Source: Eubacteriales bacterium
GTDB taxonomy: Bacteria > Bacillota > Clostridia > Oscillospirales > CAG-272
DNA: 53,895 nucleotides
Direction: 5' to 3'
NCBI GenBank assembly: GCA_045586345.1
Contig: JAZNAD010000119.1
Span: 1-53,895 of the forward strand
Part shown: in pieces, positions 35,020 to 45,092 of the stretch
How the letters are laid out: each line of letters opens with the position of its first letter
How positions within the stretch are numbered: position 1 is the stretch's first letter
Made by a program: the position numbers and the translations under genes
The notes under the pieces: generated by a model
What the model saw: the letters and a program-made list of their open reading frames with translations, nothing else
The model's database searches: none
What the model was told of the DNA's origin: nothing

Positions 35020-36543
35020 TTAATGTAAAAGAATTCTTTTGGCTCTAGAAATGACTTTTTTGAATTCCTTCGAACGTACATTGAACGCAACAAAAATAAT
35101 GTTGGGAACGGAGACACAAAGCAAGGCCTTGACCAACAAGGACAAAACGGTGTTGTCGATATGTATTTGCAGGCAGACAAAATATGTCGCCGCACACATG
35201 ATAAGGGTCTCCAAAAGCCCCTTTATAAGCAAAAGGTAATAGCACTTGCTGCTTGTTTCGAAATAGTTTTTAAACAGGATCTTGGAGGCCCACGGCAAAT
35301 CGATGATTATAAACTGCGCAACGGTGGAAAGAATAACGCCATAAAGCCCGATGATCTGAACAAAAATAAGATTGAGTATCAGATTAAAGCCGGCGCCGAT
35401 CAGCGGACGAAATCTATCCTGATCCCAAAGCCCCGCTGCCTCTTTGCACACATGAACAACATCCTGTATCTTCCAGGTCCAAAAATAGGCGCAAAAGCAT
35501 ATAACAATGCCAATGGGGAGTTGATGCTCTTCACCGACATATAGTTCGATAAAATCCTGAAACAGGCACAAAAGACAAACCGTTGCCCATGATATCATCC
35601 AATTTTGAACAAATTGCAAAAACTTAAAATCGTCAAGATTTTTCTGCTTACTTTCGGTGGCAATGCTATTGCCGATACCGGATCGCATAGCAGAATAATA
35701 GATCCCCAGAAATGCAAATAGCGTTGTGAGAACATAGGCATAATTCCCGTATCTCCCCATCACCGTAAGCCCCAAGAAGGAAGAGATCACGATCGTATCG
35801 GCAGAGCCGCTTACTACATTGCCTATTTTGTAAAAGATCAGTCCCTTGATCTTTTGAGCAATTCCCTTCTTCACCTCTTTATCAAGTACACCCGCGGCGG
35901 CATACTGAGGATAATGACGTTTAGCGAAGAAAGAAATGAGGATGTTGTTTGCAATACCGGCAAAAATCGCAGAGGCAATATACAGATAATAGTTTTTAAA
36001 CGCGAATATGAAAACGAGTTGCAGGATCCGTTCAGCTACCGCTATAGCCGTGCTGATCTTCATCAAGACGTCATTACGCTGAAAGGCATGGAAAAGAGAG
36101 CTTTTATAGGCAAAAAGGAAATAGGTCAAAACCGTTGCTGTCAGTGTGAGCAAATAAATAACATGAATGTTGATATCGCTCGGGACATCCTTATTCACGA
36201 AAAGCTGTAAAAACGGGAGCAAAGAAAGACCAACCAGCAGCACGACAGTCCCGATGACTTTGTATACGTGCTTGAAGTAATTAACAAGAGCGCGAATACG
36301 GTCTTCATCGTCCGTAGCGATCGCCTTGTACATAAAAAACACGACCGCGCTTCCAAACCCGAGCTCCGCAAGATTAAGTGCTGATAAAATAGAGGTAAAC
36401 AGGCTATTAAGTCCAACGTAATTGACACCAAAGACTTGAATAACTGCAGTTCTGCAAAAGAAAGGGATAATAAGCGTAGCAATTTTGTTGACGACGCCCC
36501 AAACAATATTCCGTTTTGCGTTTTTTGTTCGTTCTATTTTCAA
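35020..36543 (-). CDS. wzx: Oligosaccharide flippase (Wzx, MOP superfamily)
   Basis: 507 aa with about 12-14 TM segments. N-terminal KNAKRNIVWGVVNKI....IPFF.RT..I..FG..Y.GL. The start is TTG 36543, 7 nt after GGAG. Low-GC gene. Confidence 0.75.
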   Translation of the reverse strand: MKIERTKNAKRNIVWGVVNKIATLIIPFFCRTAVIQVFGVNYVGLNSLFTSILSALNLAELGFGSAVVFFMYKAIATDDEDRIRALVNYFKHVYKVIGTVVLLVGLSLLPFLQLFVNKDVPSDINIHVIYLLTLTATVLTYFLFAYKSSLFHAFQRNDVLMKISTAIAVAERILQLVFIFAFKNYYLYIASAIFAGIANNILISFFAKRHYPQYAAAGVLDKEVKKGIAQKIKGLIFYKIGNVVSGSADTIVISSFLGLTVMGRYGNYAYVLTTLFAFLGIYYSAMRSGIGNSIATESKQKNLDDFKFLQFVQNWMISWATVCLLCLFQDFIELYVGEEHQLPIGIVICFCAYFWTWKIQDVVHVCKEAAGLWDQDRFRPLIGAGFNLILNLIFVQIIGLYGVILSTVAQFIIIDLPWASKILFKNYFETSSKCYYLLLIKGLLETLIMCAATYFVCLQIHIDNTVLSLLVKALLCVSVPNIIFVAFNVRSKEFKKVISRAKRILLH

Positions 36544-36615
36544 ACCGCTTCTCCAATCCTTGACCGTGGGGCATTGGCAAATTCAAATCTTCCCCAGTAT
36601 AGTAAAACCGAGCAT

Positions 36616-37866
36616 TCAGCCAACGATTAAATCTACAAACGCCGCAGGGGTCTCCTCATAATACAATGTCTTGAGCGCATCGAAGTCGACCTTCTCTGCC
36701 TCATGAGAAAGCAAAGTCTCAACCTTGCTTGCCGCCTCATCAACGTTTGTTTTGGTCTCGTCAAGTATTAGTGAGAGTGGGTATTTTTCAAGCAAGGAAA
36801 CGCTTTTGTCGCCGTTCGTTTTTACCGTTGTTATAATGGGTTTTCTATAATTCAGGTATTCTACGATCTTGCTGGGCGCTGCGCTCGCATAGGAGTTTCC
36901 GATATTAAGCAATGCATCGGCTTCGGACATTATGTTTTCTATTTCCGAATAGGGAACCGCCGAATGAACTCGTATATTTTCTGTCTCTCCCACAAGCTTG
37001 GAAAGCCATTCTTTTGAAGCGGCAGTATAAATATCAAGCTGCACGCTCCGAAGTCTTTTGAAAACATTAAGTATATATTCGGGGTTTCTTATGTCAGGGA
37101 AAAGCGAGCCTGCGTAGACTACTGTTTTCCGCTTTTCTGCCTTTCTTTCATCAACAGCGGGCCGATCAACAAGAAGCGGAACACCAAGATATTTGATCTT
37201 AGGATCAAAGCTGTCTCCATAAAATTTCTTATAATGCTCGCGGTGTTCCTTTTGTGCCACAACAATATCCGAGCATTCAAGGATCTTCTTCTCCGCCTTG
37301 ATAGCCTTGCGCTCCTTGGCTTTTTGACTAAGCAGGGCTTGCGCTCTGCCCTCCAAAACAGGATCAAGAAAATATGTAACGCACAAAAATGTGCTGTCTT
37401 TTCTTCTCAGCCTACACACCGCGCTTGCCGCATCGGTAGGGAAATTTACGCCCACAATAACATCAAACTTTATCTTCTTGTGAAGCTTAGAAATTCGTCT
37501 GTACAATGATCGCTCGTATGAGAAGGCAACCAAAGGAAAGGAAACGGCAGACAATGCAAAATCAAGTTTCCCCAAAAACGAAACAAATACAGACAAAAGC
37601 TTTTTCTTAAAACCTTGCTGAGTGTTTTTGAGGGTATTTCTCAGTCGGTATATCAACGGGATTCGCGCAAAATACTGTTTGACCCCGTCATATTCCGCTT
37701 CTGCCCTGGTACCGTATTGCTCGTTTGAAACCACGGCTACCTCGCATCCGCGCAGTTGTAATTCATCAACGATCTTTTTGCAGCAAACGCCGTTTGCGGA
37801 CATATTGGGCAGATAGTTGCCGAGTACGATAAGAACCTTTTTCAAAAGAGTCGCCCCCTGCTTCAC
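36616..37866 (-). CDS. Putative GT-B-fold glycosyltransferase, family unclear
   Basis: 416 aa. The N-terminus ([16 protein letters not shown]) and the C-terminal Rossmann-like half (VVYAGSLF...R.P) suggest a GT-B fold. GTG start overlaps the upstream stop (GTGA). Confidence 0.5.
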   Translation of the reverse strand: MKQGATLLKKVLIVLGNYLPNMSANGVCCKKIVDELQLRGCEVAVVSNEQYGTRAEAEYDGVKQYFARIPLIYRLRNTLKNTQQGFKKKLLSVFVSFLGKLDFALSAVSFPLVAFSYERSLYRRISKLHKKIKFDVIVGVNFPTDAASAVCRLRRKDSTFLCVTYFLDPVLEGRAQALLSQKAKERKAIKAEKKILECSDIVVAQKEHREHYKKFYGDSFDPKIKYLGVPLLVDRPAVDERKAEKRKTVVYAGSLFPDIRNPEYILNVFKRLRSVQLDIYTAASKEWLSKLVGETENIRVHSAVPYSEIENIMSEADALLNIGNSYASAAPSKIVEYLNYRKPIITTVKTNGDKSVSLLEKYPLSLILDETKTNVDEAASKVETLLSHEAEKVDFDALKTLYYEETPAAFVDLIVG

Positions 37867-38480
37867 ACTCTATACTTCTTGATAAACTCGTCGATATCGC
37901 AAAAGTCGTCAAACCGAGCGGCGATATCCTCGTCGCTCCAATCCCACCACTTGATCTCTTGGAGGGCGGCGATCTGCTCTTCGGTGAAGCGGTATTTGAT
38001 CACCTTGGCAGGTACACCGCCAACGATGGCATACGGTGGAACATCCTTGGTGACGACGGCACCGGCACCTATCACGGCACCGTTACCAATGTTGACGCCT
38101 GCCATAATAATGGCGTTTTTGCCAACCCAAACATCGCTACCGATGACGGTTTTTCTGCCGATGATATGCGTATTAAAGATCTCCTCCTGCTTTTCGTGCG
38201 GCATAAGCTTATCAAAGTCAGGATAGCGCCAGCTCGCAAACATAAACTGGTGCGTTGTAACGCCCATGTAATGGGGCTGCACGATCGAACAGCCGTCAGC
38301 AAAGCTGCAGAATGAGCCGATGCTTTCGATAAATTTCATATCATACGCACTCGGCTTAGCGAGCGGTCCGTAACAATATCTGCCTATGTTATCATAGCTT
38401 GTGTTTTCGGCAGCCTGCTCCAGCTTGATCGCCGTTTTCCTGAAAAGTGCGGAAAGCTTCTTTTTGAAATTCATCTCCAT
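37863..38480 (-). CDS. Xenobiotic-acyltransferase (XAT/Vat-like) hexapeptide acetyltransferase
   Basis: [53 protein letters not shown] is typical of the XAT class. Confidence 0.75.
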   Translation of the reverse strand: MEMNFKKKLSALFRKTAIKLEQAAENTSYDNIGRYCYGPLAKPSAYDMKFIESIGSFCSFADGCSIVQPHYMGVTTHQFMFASWRYPDFDKLMPHEKQEEIFNTHIIGRKTVIGSDVWVGKNAIIMAGVNIGNGAVIGAGAVVTKDVPPYAIVGGVPAKVIKYRFTEEQIAALQEIKWWDWSDEDIAARFDDFCDIDEFIKKYRV

Positions 38481-39385
38481 ATCCTCTCAAAAAACCACTT
38501 GAAATCTTTTCGGGTCTCGTAGGCCCTTGAGGGCTTATATTCTCTGTCGGCAAGGACGTAGTCAAGGATCTCGCCGGCGGGGACAAACCAACCGTTTTTG
38601 GATACGATGTAGTCAATGCACCTCTTGAAGTCCTCGCTGAGGCTGCCATCTTCGTCGACAAAATCGTAGGCGAAGTGGGTGTAGACGATACAGCAGCCCC
38701 CCTCCCTCTCAAGCCGATCCACATTTTTTGGGGAAAGCAGCTTAAGAAACGGGGCAAGACGCATACCGTCCGAGGAGCTGAACCAATAGTTGGAATACTT
38801 CTCCTTACCGGTTTCGGGATAGACGAGGCGCGGGTCGGCCTTCAACGTGTTGATATCCCGGAAGGTGCGGTTACGGATGTACTTGATGTGCTCCTTGCAG
38901 GCATCACCCCAGAAATACTCGCTCCCCTCCTCGGCACCGAGGGAACGGATATTCTTCCTAAGGAGCGAATAGAGTTTTCGGATCACGGGAGAAAAGCGCT
39001 TCTCGCCCCAATAAATATTCTCAATATTGCTGGCGTGATTGATGTGCATCCTGGGATATTCACCGAGCTTTTCGCGGAAGAGCTCGAGGGCCCTCAGCGT
39101 TTCCTCGCGCCGAAAGCCACCCGAGCCGGCATTGTGGAAGCCCAGCTCAAAGCCGCGGTCGCGGAGCTCGCAGAGAAACTCCAGATACTCTTCATCCTCC
39201 AGACACTCACCACGAAAGACTTCATCTCTTACCGGGAACGTCCACAGGGTTTTTGTAGTCAGAATGCCCTTCTCATAAAGATAGTCATAGACCGGCTTTA
39301 CGTTTCTGACGGTGGCCCCGTCGGTGTCGTCCACCACGGTAAAGGCGAAATCATGGCCGTTCGGCCAGGTTATCTTTCGTTTCAC
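38471..39385 (-). CDS. Polysaccharide-deacetylase-fold protein (tentative)
   Basis: 304 aa. The N-terminus ([13 protein letters not shown]) and GFELGFHN / HINH His-containing blocks resemble divergent CE4-like proteins. GTG start at 39385. Confidence 0.45.
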   Translation of the reverse strand: MKRKITWPNGHDFAFTVVDDTDGATVRNVKPVYDYLYEKGILTTKTLWTFPVRDEVFRGECLEDEEYLEFLCELRDRGFELGFHNAGSGGFRREETLRALELFREKLGEYPRMHINHASNIENIYWGEKRFSPVIRKLYSLLRKNIRSLGAEEGSEYFWGDACKEHIKYIRNRTFRDINTLKADPRLVYPETGKEKYSNYWFSSSDGMRLAPFLKLLSPKNVDRLEREGGCCIVYTHFAYDFVDEDGSLSEDFKRCIDYIVSKNGWFVPAGEILDYVLADREYKPSRAYETRKDFKWFFERIWR

Positions 39386-39388
39386 GGC

Positions 39389-40102
39389 TTACAGCCCCTT
39401 TTCCCGGCGGTGCTTGCGGATCCTGCGGCAATCCTCGATAAAATCCACCTCAGCCCAGAAGGCCCCCTCAACGTCATGAACATAAATATCCATATCCTTG
39501 GAAAGATCGTACAGCACATTTTCCCACCACACCGAATGGCACTGGCGGTTGATCATTTCGATCATGTGAGCCTTGTACGTCCCCACAAAATCGCCCGCGA
39601 GCTTGGCGACCCCCAGGCATTCGCCCGTGGTCTCCTCCACGGTAAGATCCTTACCAAACCTTTTCAGAATACCGTTTTCATAGTGGTAGCGGTAGTCCGC
39701 CTCCACTCTCCGCGCGCTGTCAGCGAGCAGGACAGGACTTTTATCCAACGCGATCAGCTCGTCAACGATCTCGGGCTCAAGATACACATCCCCGCTCATC
39801 AGGATCGTGTCCTCCCCCTCGGTCAGATGCTCGCGTGCAAACCACATGGAGGCAATGCCGTTGGTCACATCGAAGAAGGGATTGTACACAAAGTGGATGC
39901 GCTCATCCTTGAGCTCCTCCATGATAACACCGGCCCGATAGCCGACAACGATGGTGACATCCTCGATCCCCTTCGCACGAAGCATCTCTACGGTGTAACG
40001 GATCAGGGGAACTCCGCCGATATCCACCATGCTCTTCGGCTTTTCATCGATAAACTTGCTGATCCTCGAGCCAACGCCCGCGGCCAAAATAATCGCTTTC
40101 AT
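39389..40102 (-). CDS. LicC-type sugar/phospho-alcohol nucleotidyltransferase
   Basis: 237 aa. MKAIILAAGVGSRISKF...PK.MV.IGG.PLI and C-terminal FWAEVDFIEDCRR are LicC-like. ATG 40102 was chosen; the ORF-track extension to 40438 overlaps licD. Confidence 0.7.
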   Translation of the reverse strand: MKAIILAAGVGSRISKFIDEKPKSMVDIGGVPLIRYTVEMLRAKGIEDVTIVVGYRAGVIMEELKDERIHFVYNPFFDVTNGIASMWFAREHLTEGEDTILMSGDVYLEPEIVDELIALDKSPVLLADSARRVEADYRYHYENGILKRFGKDLTVEETTGECLGVAKLAGDFVGTYKAHMIEMINRQCHSVWWENVLYDLSKDMDIYVHDVEGAFWAEVDFIEDCRRIRKHRREKGL

Positions 40103-40112
40103 TACTCTGTCC

Positions 40113-40907
40113 TCATAGCTTGCATTCCACAATATCGTGGGTGGGTTGCCGTTTTTCCTCAGGTGGGAGCTCCATGTATTCGCCGTAGCAGCGCCTGAGG
40201 ATATCGTCGTAATTCCTCGGAATAGGATACATTTTTCCCTCAAACTCGCCAGGGATAAGCTCCTCAACATCGGCCTTTGTGAACTTCGGCCAATATCTCC
40301 CTCTATGGCAAAGCTGATTTTTAAGCCTTGTGGGGAAAATGTTGAAAAAGCGCATGATAAGCTCTGTAAGGCCGCGGCAAAGCCACAGCGGCATCGCCGA
40401 ATACAGGATACGCTTGGCCCTCGACCCACATCCGACACCGCGGAGCTTAAGATCGCGCACCGCCTGCAGCTTTATCAACAGCGCAGTCTGCAGCTTGTAG
40501 AAGGGGCGGCAGATGTTATCCAGGGGAAAAATATCCACGTAGATACATTTTTCGATCGGAAGATCCTCGAACACCCCCTCGACGAACCGAGTGCCCTTTT
40601 TGTTGACCTTGAGTATCGACAGCGGATAGTGAATATCCGTGAAATAGTCCATCAAAAAGTAGGCATCGGACATCTGCTTTTTGGCCACCCTCTTGAACTT
40701 TTTGTAATTCCTTCGGGTCATCCAAAGGTCGATATCGTCATCCCACGGAATATAACCCCGATGTCGGATGGCGCCGAGAAGGGTACCGCCCGAAAGGAAA
40801 TACTTGATGCCATTCTCCCGGCAAAGGCGGTCGATCTCGTCCAGCATTTCAAGCTGGACCGCATGAATATCGTCAAGCGGCACGCCGCAGATCATAAAAT
40901 CGCTCAT
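40113..40907 (-). CDS. licD: LicD family phosphotransferase (paralogue 1)
   Basis: QLEMLDEIDRLCRENGIKYFLSGGTLLGAIRHRGYIPWDDDIDLWM and DIFPLD are canonical LicD blocks. Confidence 0.85.
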   Translation of the reverse strand: MSDFMICGVPLDDIHAVQLEMLDEIDRLCRENGIKYFLSGGTLLGAIRHRGYIPWDDDIDLWMTRRNYKKFKRVAKKQMSDAYFLMDYFTDIHYPLSILKVNKKGTRFVEGVFEDLPIEKCIYVDIFPLDNICRPFYKLQTALLIKLQAVRDLKLRGVGCGSRAKRILYSAMPLWLCRGLTELIMRFFNIFPTRLKNQLCHRGRYWPKFTKADVEELIPGEFEGKMYPIPRNYDDILRRCYGEYMELPPEEKRQPTHDIVECKL

Positions 40908-42202
40908 GTTGCCTCCGAAAATGATGGTTCTTGCGCTACTTTTTGAAGAAGGTCGGCCATTCTTGCGCTATTTATATCGCTCGAATGGTATTCCCGCGCC
41001 CAGGCTTGGGCGCGCCGGACATATCCCTCGCGGAGCTCGGCACTTTCGACCAAGGCACGGATCTTGTCGCAAAGCTCGTCGCGGCTCTCGATCACACAGC
41101 CAAGATCGTGCTCCTTGAAATACGCGATCCCCGCGATCTCGGGAGGACCGTAGACCAGAGGACACCGGCCCGAGGCCAGCATCTCCGCGATCTTGGTAGA
41201 GAAGGCGTATTTTAAGTCGGCCACATGCTCAGGGGAATCGTTTTCAACGTGTACAACAAAATCGCTTGCGCCGATCTTCGTCTCCAGCTCATCATGCGAG
41301 ACGGCGCCGTGAAGCAGGATCCCGTTCTCCTCGGTCAGCTCCGCCATATGCGCCCCCGTGCTTGCGGTATAGACATCGATATAAAAGCCAAGCGACTTCA
41401 GAGCACGGCCCATCTCCAGCAGCGGCCGGCAGCGGCCTACCGCTTCACCGAGATTGCCGGCGTAGATAAAGCGGGGGCTTTGGGGGTCAAAGGTCTTTCC
41501 GGGCTTCTCCTCCTGGGCAACTCCCTTCATGATGGTGCAGCCCACGGGAAAATGCGTTTTGTAATCTCGCTCCAGTGCCTCGCAAAGATAGACGCACTCC
41601 TTAGCCCGTGCCATCATTTTTCTGTAGGCGCGGTCAAAGCGGCGACGGTAGATCTTGTAGGTGAGAGTGTTTTCCTGATACGGCTTGAGATAATAGGCCT
41701 CGGACTGATGCACAACAAGAGGGATATCAAGCTTTTTCGAGAGTCTTGTGGCCAGCTTCAGAAGATATCCGAAATCACCCGGCTGAACGAGAATAGCATC
41801 GGGGGCGACCCTTTTTATCCATGCGCGGAAACGCCCCGTGTTCCAAAGACGGGTCGACCACAGAAGGTCGCGCAGGATCATACCGCGAGCGCGGTTCCTT
41901 TTGCCTCCCCTAGCATCCGCCTTAGCACCAGAGCCTTTGGCGGCAGTCATCTCGTGCGGCTCAAAGCTAAACTCGGTTCCGACCCTTGTGCGGAAGGGAT
42001 GCTTCACCTTCCGGAGAAGCTCGCCGTCGGTGATCTTGAAGTAGTTGTAGCACACGGGTATGTTAGGGAGCATCTCTTTGATGTACAGCTGAGAGATGCG
42101 CTCGGCGGGGTATTTTTCGAGATAGGCAGCCAGCGTCGACCCCATCGAATTCTCCTTGGTGAAGGAGGTATGGCTGATCACAAGCAAGTTCGGATAGGTC
42201 AT
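40904..42202 (-). CDS. Putative GT-B-fold glycosyltransferase, family unclear
   Basis: 432 aa. C-terminal half (FIYAGNLG......L...G.AL......IDVY) is Rossmann-like. ATG 42202 forms an ATGA overlap with the upstream stop. Confidence 0.5.
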   Translation of the reverse strand: MTYPNLLVISHTSFTKENSMGSTLAAYLEKYPAERISQLYIKEMLPNIPVCYNYFKITDGELLRKVKHPFRTRVGTEFSFEPHEMTAAKGSGAKADARGGKRNRARGMILRDLLWSTRLWNTGRFRAWIKRVAPDAILVQPGDFGYLLKLATRLSKKLDIPLVVHQSEAYYLKPYQENTLTYKIYRRRFDRAYRKMMARAKECVYLCEALERDYKTHFPVGCTIMKGVAQEEKPGKTFDPQSPRFIYAGNLGEAVGRCRPLLEMGRALKSLGFYIDVYTASTGAHMAELTEENGILLHGAVSHDELETKIGASDFVVHVENDSPEHVADLKYAFSTKIAEMLASGRCPLVYGPPEIAGIAYFKEHDLGCVIESRDELCDKIRALVESAELREGYVRRAQAWAREYHSSDINSARMADLLQKVAQEPSFSEAT

Positions 42203-42999
42203 CGCTTTGCCCTTCTCCCCGCCTTCGCCCCGCGAAGCATCCGGCGGAGCATCCGAAGAAACTTCCACTCACAGTGCGAATGGCGCTTCAGCCGAACCGC
42301 GCGTCGGACACAGGCCAACGGCGAAAGAATGCCGTAGATCCGCCCGTAAATATAGCCGCAAGAGTGGAAGAACTGCTCGGTATAGCCTGAGAACCACGTG
42401 CTGTCTTCCTGCTTGACGTAACTCAAAAGCTCAGGGGAATGGTAAATGACCGCACCGCATTTCAAAAGGCGGGTAAAGAACACCGAATCTTCACCGCAAT
42501 AGATCTCTGCACCGGCGCCGATCCGAGCATCGAATTGCAGATCGTGCCGCAATAAAAATTCGCGCTTCACGGCGAAGCCGAGAACTCCCGCCGGCATTAA
42601 GCTTCTCTTGTTTGCTTTCCGAAAGGATGCGGATCGCCGATAGGAAAGCGGCCGGTCGGGGTTAGTGCTTTGCACGAAAAATTTAATGGCATCGGCATCG
42701 GGATGCGCGGCGAAGGCGTCTGAAACGATCGTTTCATAACCGTCCACAAACACCTGGTCATCGTCGGCAAAGAGGATAATATCGGCCGATGCATAAAGCA
42801 TCGCAATGTTCCGATTGCGACTGAGCCCTCGTGTGTCGGTGGTAACAAAGCGCACACGCTTGCCGTCGATCTCCTCCTCAAGGAAGGCACAGGCATCGGC
42901 CTGATTGGCGATCACCGCATCGGTCTGCAGATTCATTTCGCGATACTTAGAGGTATCGCCGGCGTGCATTGTGGTAACAAGGACTTCTACTTTTGACAT
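42199..42999 (-). CDS. GT-A-fold (family 2-like) glycosyltransferase
   Basis: VEVLVTTMH... GLSRNRN.A...A.ADIILFADDD (DxD-like). Confidence 0.6.
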   Translation of the reverse strand: MSKVEVLVTTMHAGDTSKYREMNLQTDAVIANQADACAFLEEEIDGKRVRFVTTDTRGLSRNRNIAMLYASADIILFADDDQVFVDGYETIVSDAFAAHPDADAIKFFVQSTNPDRPLSYRRSASFRKANKRSLMPAGVLGFAVKREFLLRHDLQFDARIGAGAEIYCGEDSVFFTRLLKCGAVIYHSPELLSYVKQEDSTWFSGYTEQFFHSCGYIYGRIYGILSPLACVRRAVRLKRHSHCEWKFLRMLRRMLRGAKAGRRAKR

Positions 43000-43001
43000 C
43001 C

Positions 43002-43835
43002 TTACACCTTCCCTATGTATTCGGTATAGTCCTTGTCGGTGTCGTATACCATGGCATGAACGGCGGCGCGGCGGGCTTCCTCGGAGGGGAGCTTCATATA
43101 GTCGCCGTAACGGTATTCGAGGTATTCCTTGATCTTCTCCGAGCCAAGAAGGACTGTGTCCTCGAAGGGCACGTCCACGGGCGACTCGAAGAACGAGGCA
43201 TCAAAGAGGCCGCTCCGGAATTTGGCAGGAGTGATCCAATAGCAGTACTTGTAGCCCTCGGTAAGGTTGTCGTATTTGTAAATATGGCGGTAAAACCGGC
43301 CGGCCATGAAGCGACACGGCAGAAGCTTCAGCGCCTTTAGCGCGAGGACCTGTGTCCGTGTTTTAGGCTTCCAATTACGTTGCGAGAGGGCGTAAAGAGT
43401 CACAAATTTTGACTTATAATACACTATCTTCTCGGTGAGCTTACGGTCCTTCACCTTATGCAGGATCATAATATCGACATAGATGCCGTGATGCATATCG
43501 GCTCTATCCTTAAAGCTTTCCTCGATGAAGGTCGTGCCGTTCATGCGCACCTTGGCATATTCGAGGTACTTCTCGGTTGTGCGCCATTCCTGGAGGATAA
43601 AGGCATTACTCGCCTCCCTCTCGAAAGCCTCCTTAAATTGGGCGTAGGCGGTGGGAGTCATAAAAATATCGAGATCATCATCCCACGGAATAAATCCACC
43701 GTGACGAATAGCGCCGAGGGCGGTACCGCCCATAATAAAATATTCGATTCCGTTCTCGCGACAGAGACGGTCGATATACTTCATGGTTTCGAGGATCTTT
43801 TCCTGAACGGCGCGGACACCTTCTGTATTTTCCAT
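43002..43835 (-). CDS. licD: LicD family phosphotransferase (paralogue 2)
   Basis: IDRLCRENGIEYFIMGGTALGAIRHGGFIPWDDDLDIFM and YVDIMIL. AAGGAG RBS lies 5 nt upstream. Confidence 0.85.
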   Translation of the reverse strand: MENTEGVRAVQEKILETMKYIDRLCRENGIEYFIMGGTALGAIRHGGFIPWDDDLDIFMTPTAYAQFKEAFEREASNAFILQEWRTTEKYLEYAKVRMNGTTFIEESFKDRADMHHGIYVDIMILHKVKDRKLTEKIVYYKSKFVTLYALSQRNWKPKTRTQVLALKALKLLPCRFMAGRFYRHIYKYDNLTEGYKYCYWITPAKFRSGLFDASFFESPVDVPFEDTVLLGSEKIKEYLEYRYGDYMKLPSEEARRAAVHAMVYDTDKDYTEYIGKV

Positions 43836-44670
43836 GAGTGCTCCTTATATCTTTTTGTGAGGTGGTAGAACCGGCTCATCAGCTTTTTCATCAAGGGGAT
43901 CTTGATAAGCAGCTTCGCGGTTTTGCGGATAACGGTAAAGACGGCTGCCTTCAGACGATAGGCGATCGCCGATGCGGAATAGCGATGGGGGTGAGTGCTG
44001 ACGATAGCGCGCTCCTCTTTGGCAAGCGCTGTGAGAAGATCGGCGAAGGATTCGTAAGGGATATCCTTTTCCGAGGTGTCGGTGATGTCATTTGTCAAGG
44101 GGTCATAGATACGCTTGAAGCGACGGCCGGCATCCGAAAAAAGGCGTACTCGGTCTCTCGCGCCTCGGCAAAGTTGACCATAATATCCGAGAGTGCGGGA
44201 TAGCGCTCGCGAACACGGGGCGAGCGAAAGAAATCGCGGTTGGAGGTATAACCGACACGCTCGACGACAGGATTGCCATGCTGGCAGACCGTCTCGGGGC
44301 GAAAGCCGCAGGCCTCAAACAAAGCGCGATTTTCCTCGAACTCCACGATAGCGGCATCCAGGTCCCCGTGACAGGCATCCATCACATCGTAGTGATAGGA
44401 GATCTCGTGGCCCATGTCCTTCATTTCCGAAAGCAGGGTGATATTCTTCCCCTCACGGAGAAGATAGGCCTGCACGTAATACGAGCCGCGGTGGCCGTAG
44501 GCCGCCTCAATGCTCGCCATACGGTGAGCGCGAGCCACATCGGTTTCCACATCGTGCTTCAGGACAAGGTACCGCTCCTGCCCATTGATCTCTTGCGCGG
44601 GAATGCTTTGGATGCCACGATCGGAAAGAGCGCGGCAAAACGCATCCCATTCTTTATACAGGAAGGTCAT
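43781..44670 (-). pseudogene. Deacetylase-fold protein interrupted by a 1-nt frameshift
   Basis: ORFs 44095..44670 and 43781..44098 are consecutive parts. Adding one A to the A6 run at 44137-44142 (a T run on the coding strand) gives ...ETEYAFFSDAGRRFKRIYDPLTNDITDTS.... The 'M' of the second ORF is an internal TTG. Confidence 0.65.
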
Positions 44671-45089
44671 TGCTTATTCAATCGTTCACGAAGAACGGTG
44701 GAGGAAATGCCGTCGGTATGGTCGAGATACACGACATCACAGCCAACCGTAGCCAGCTCCCGCTCGTATGTCTGCCAAGCGGAGGTGCCGCGCCAATCCG
44801 AGCCGACGAACACGGCATCCGCCCCGAGGTCACGGACGGCCGAAAGCTTATCCATATCGCTTTGAAGGACGACCTTGTCCACATAGCGGATGGCCTCAAC
44901 AATAGCCACACGGTCAGATTCGCAAATAATGGGGCTCTTCCCCTTGCGCGCTTCGCAAAGAGCATCGGTCGTGACCCCCACGATCAGGGTCTCGCATTGC
45001 TCCTTGGCGCGGCGCAGGATATTCAGGTGGCCGATATGGAACAGGTCGTAAACACCCGTTGTGTAGCCGACCTTATATTTTTTCGGCAT
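44667..45089 (-). CDS. tagD: Glycerol-3-phosphate cytidylyltransferase (cytidylyltransferase family)
   Basis: 140 aa. GVYDLFHIGHLNILRRAK (HxGH), VGV.TD, RYVD and the C-terminal ...T.GISST motif, as in TagD. Confidence 0.75.
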   Translation of the reverse strand: MPKKYKVGYTTGVYDLFHIGHLNILRRAKEQCETLIVGVTTDALCEARKGKSPIICESDRVAIVEAIRYVDKVVLQSDMDKLSAVRDLGADAVFVGSDWRGTSAWQTYERELATVGCDVVYLDHTDGISSTVLRERLNKQ

Positions 45090-45092
45090 AGC

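Noticed and set aside
36582-36590. Possible attR copy of the tRNA-Ser 3' end: TTCAAATCT at 36582-36590 versus 23386-23394. This would delimit a 13-kb island.
   Set aside because: Only a 9-nt match, with no integrase or recombinase. The interval would cut through the middle of a coherent operon.
39389-40438. 349-aa version of the LicC-like ORF, and similar long N-terminal extensions (29741..30958, 32570..33817, 40904..42268, 11775..12509, 23745..24974, 48089..48745, 50170..51870, 14546..17941, 12515..).
   Set aside because: The extensions overlap upstream genes or promoters and are compositionally aberrant. Internal ATGs with RBS or ATGA coupling coincide with the conserved N-termini.
43781-44098. 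ORFs 43781..44098 and 13618..14076 as independent small genes.
   Set aside because: Their 'start' codons are internal TTG/GTG codons. Their frames stay open upstream and continue the preceding ORF after a single-base homopolymer correction.
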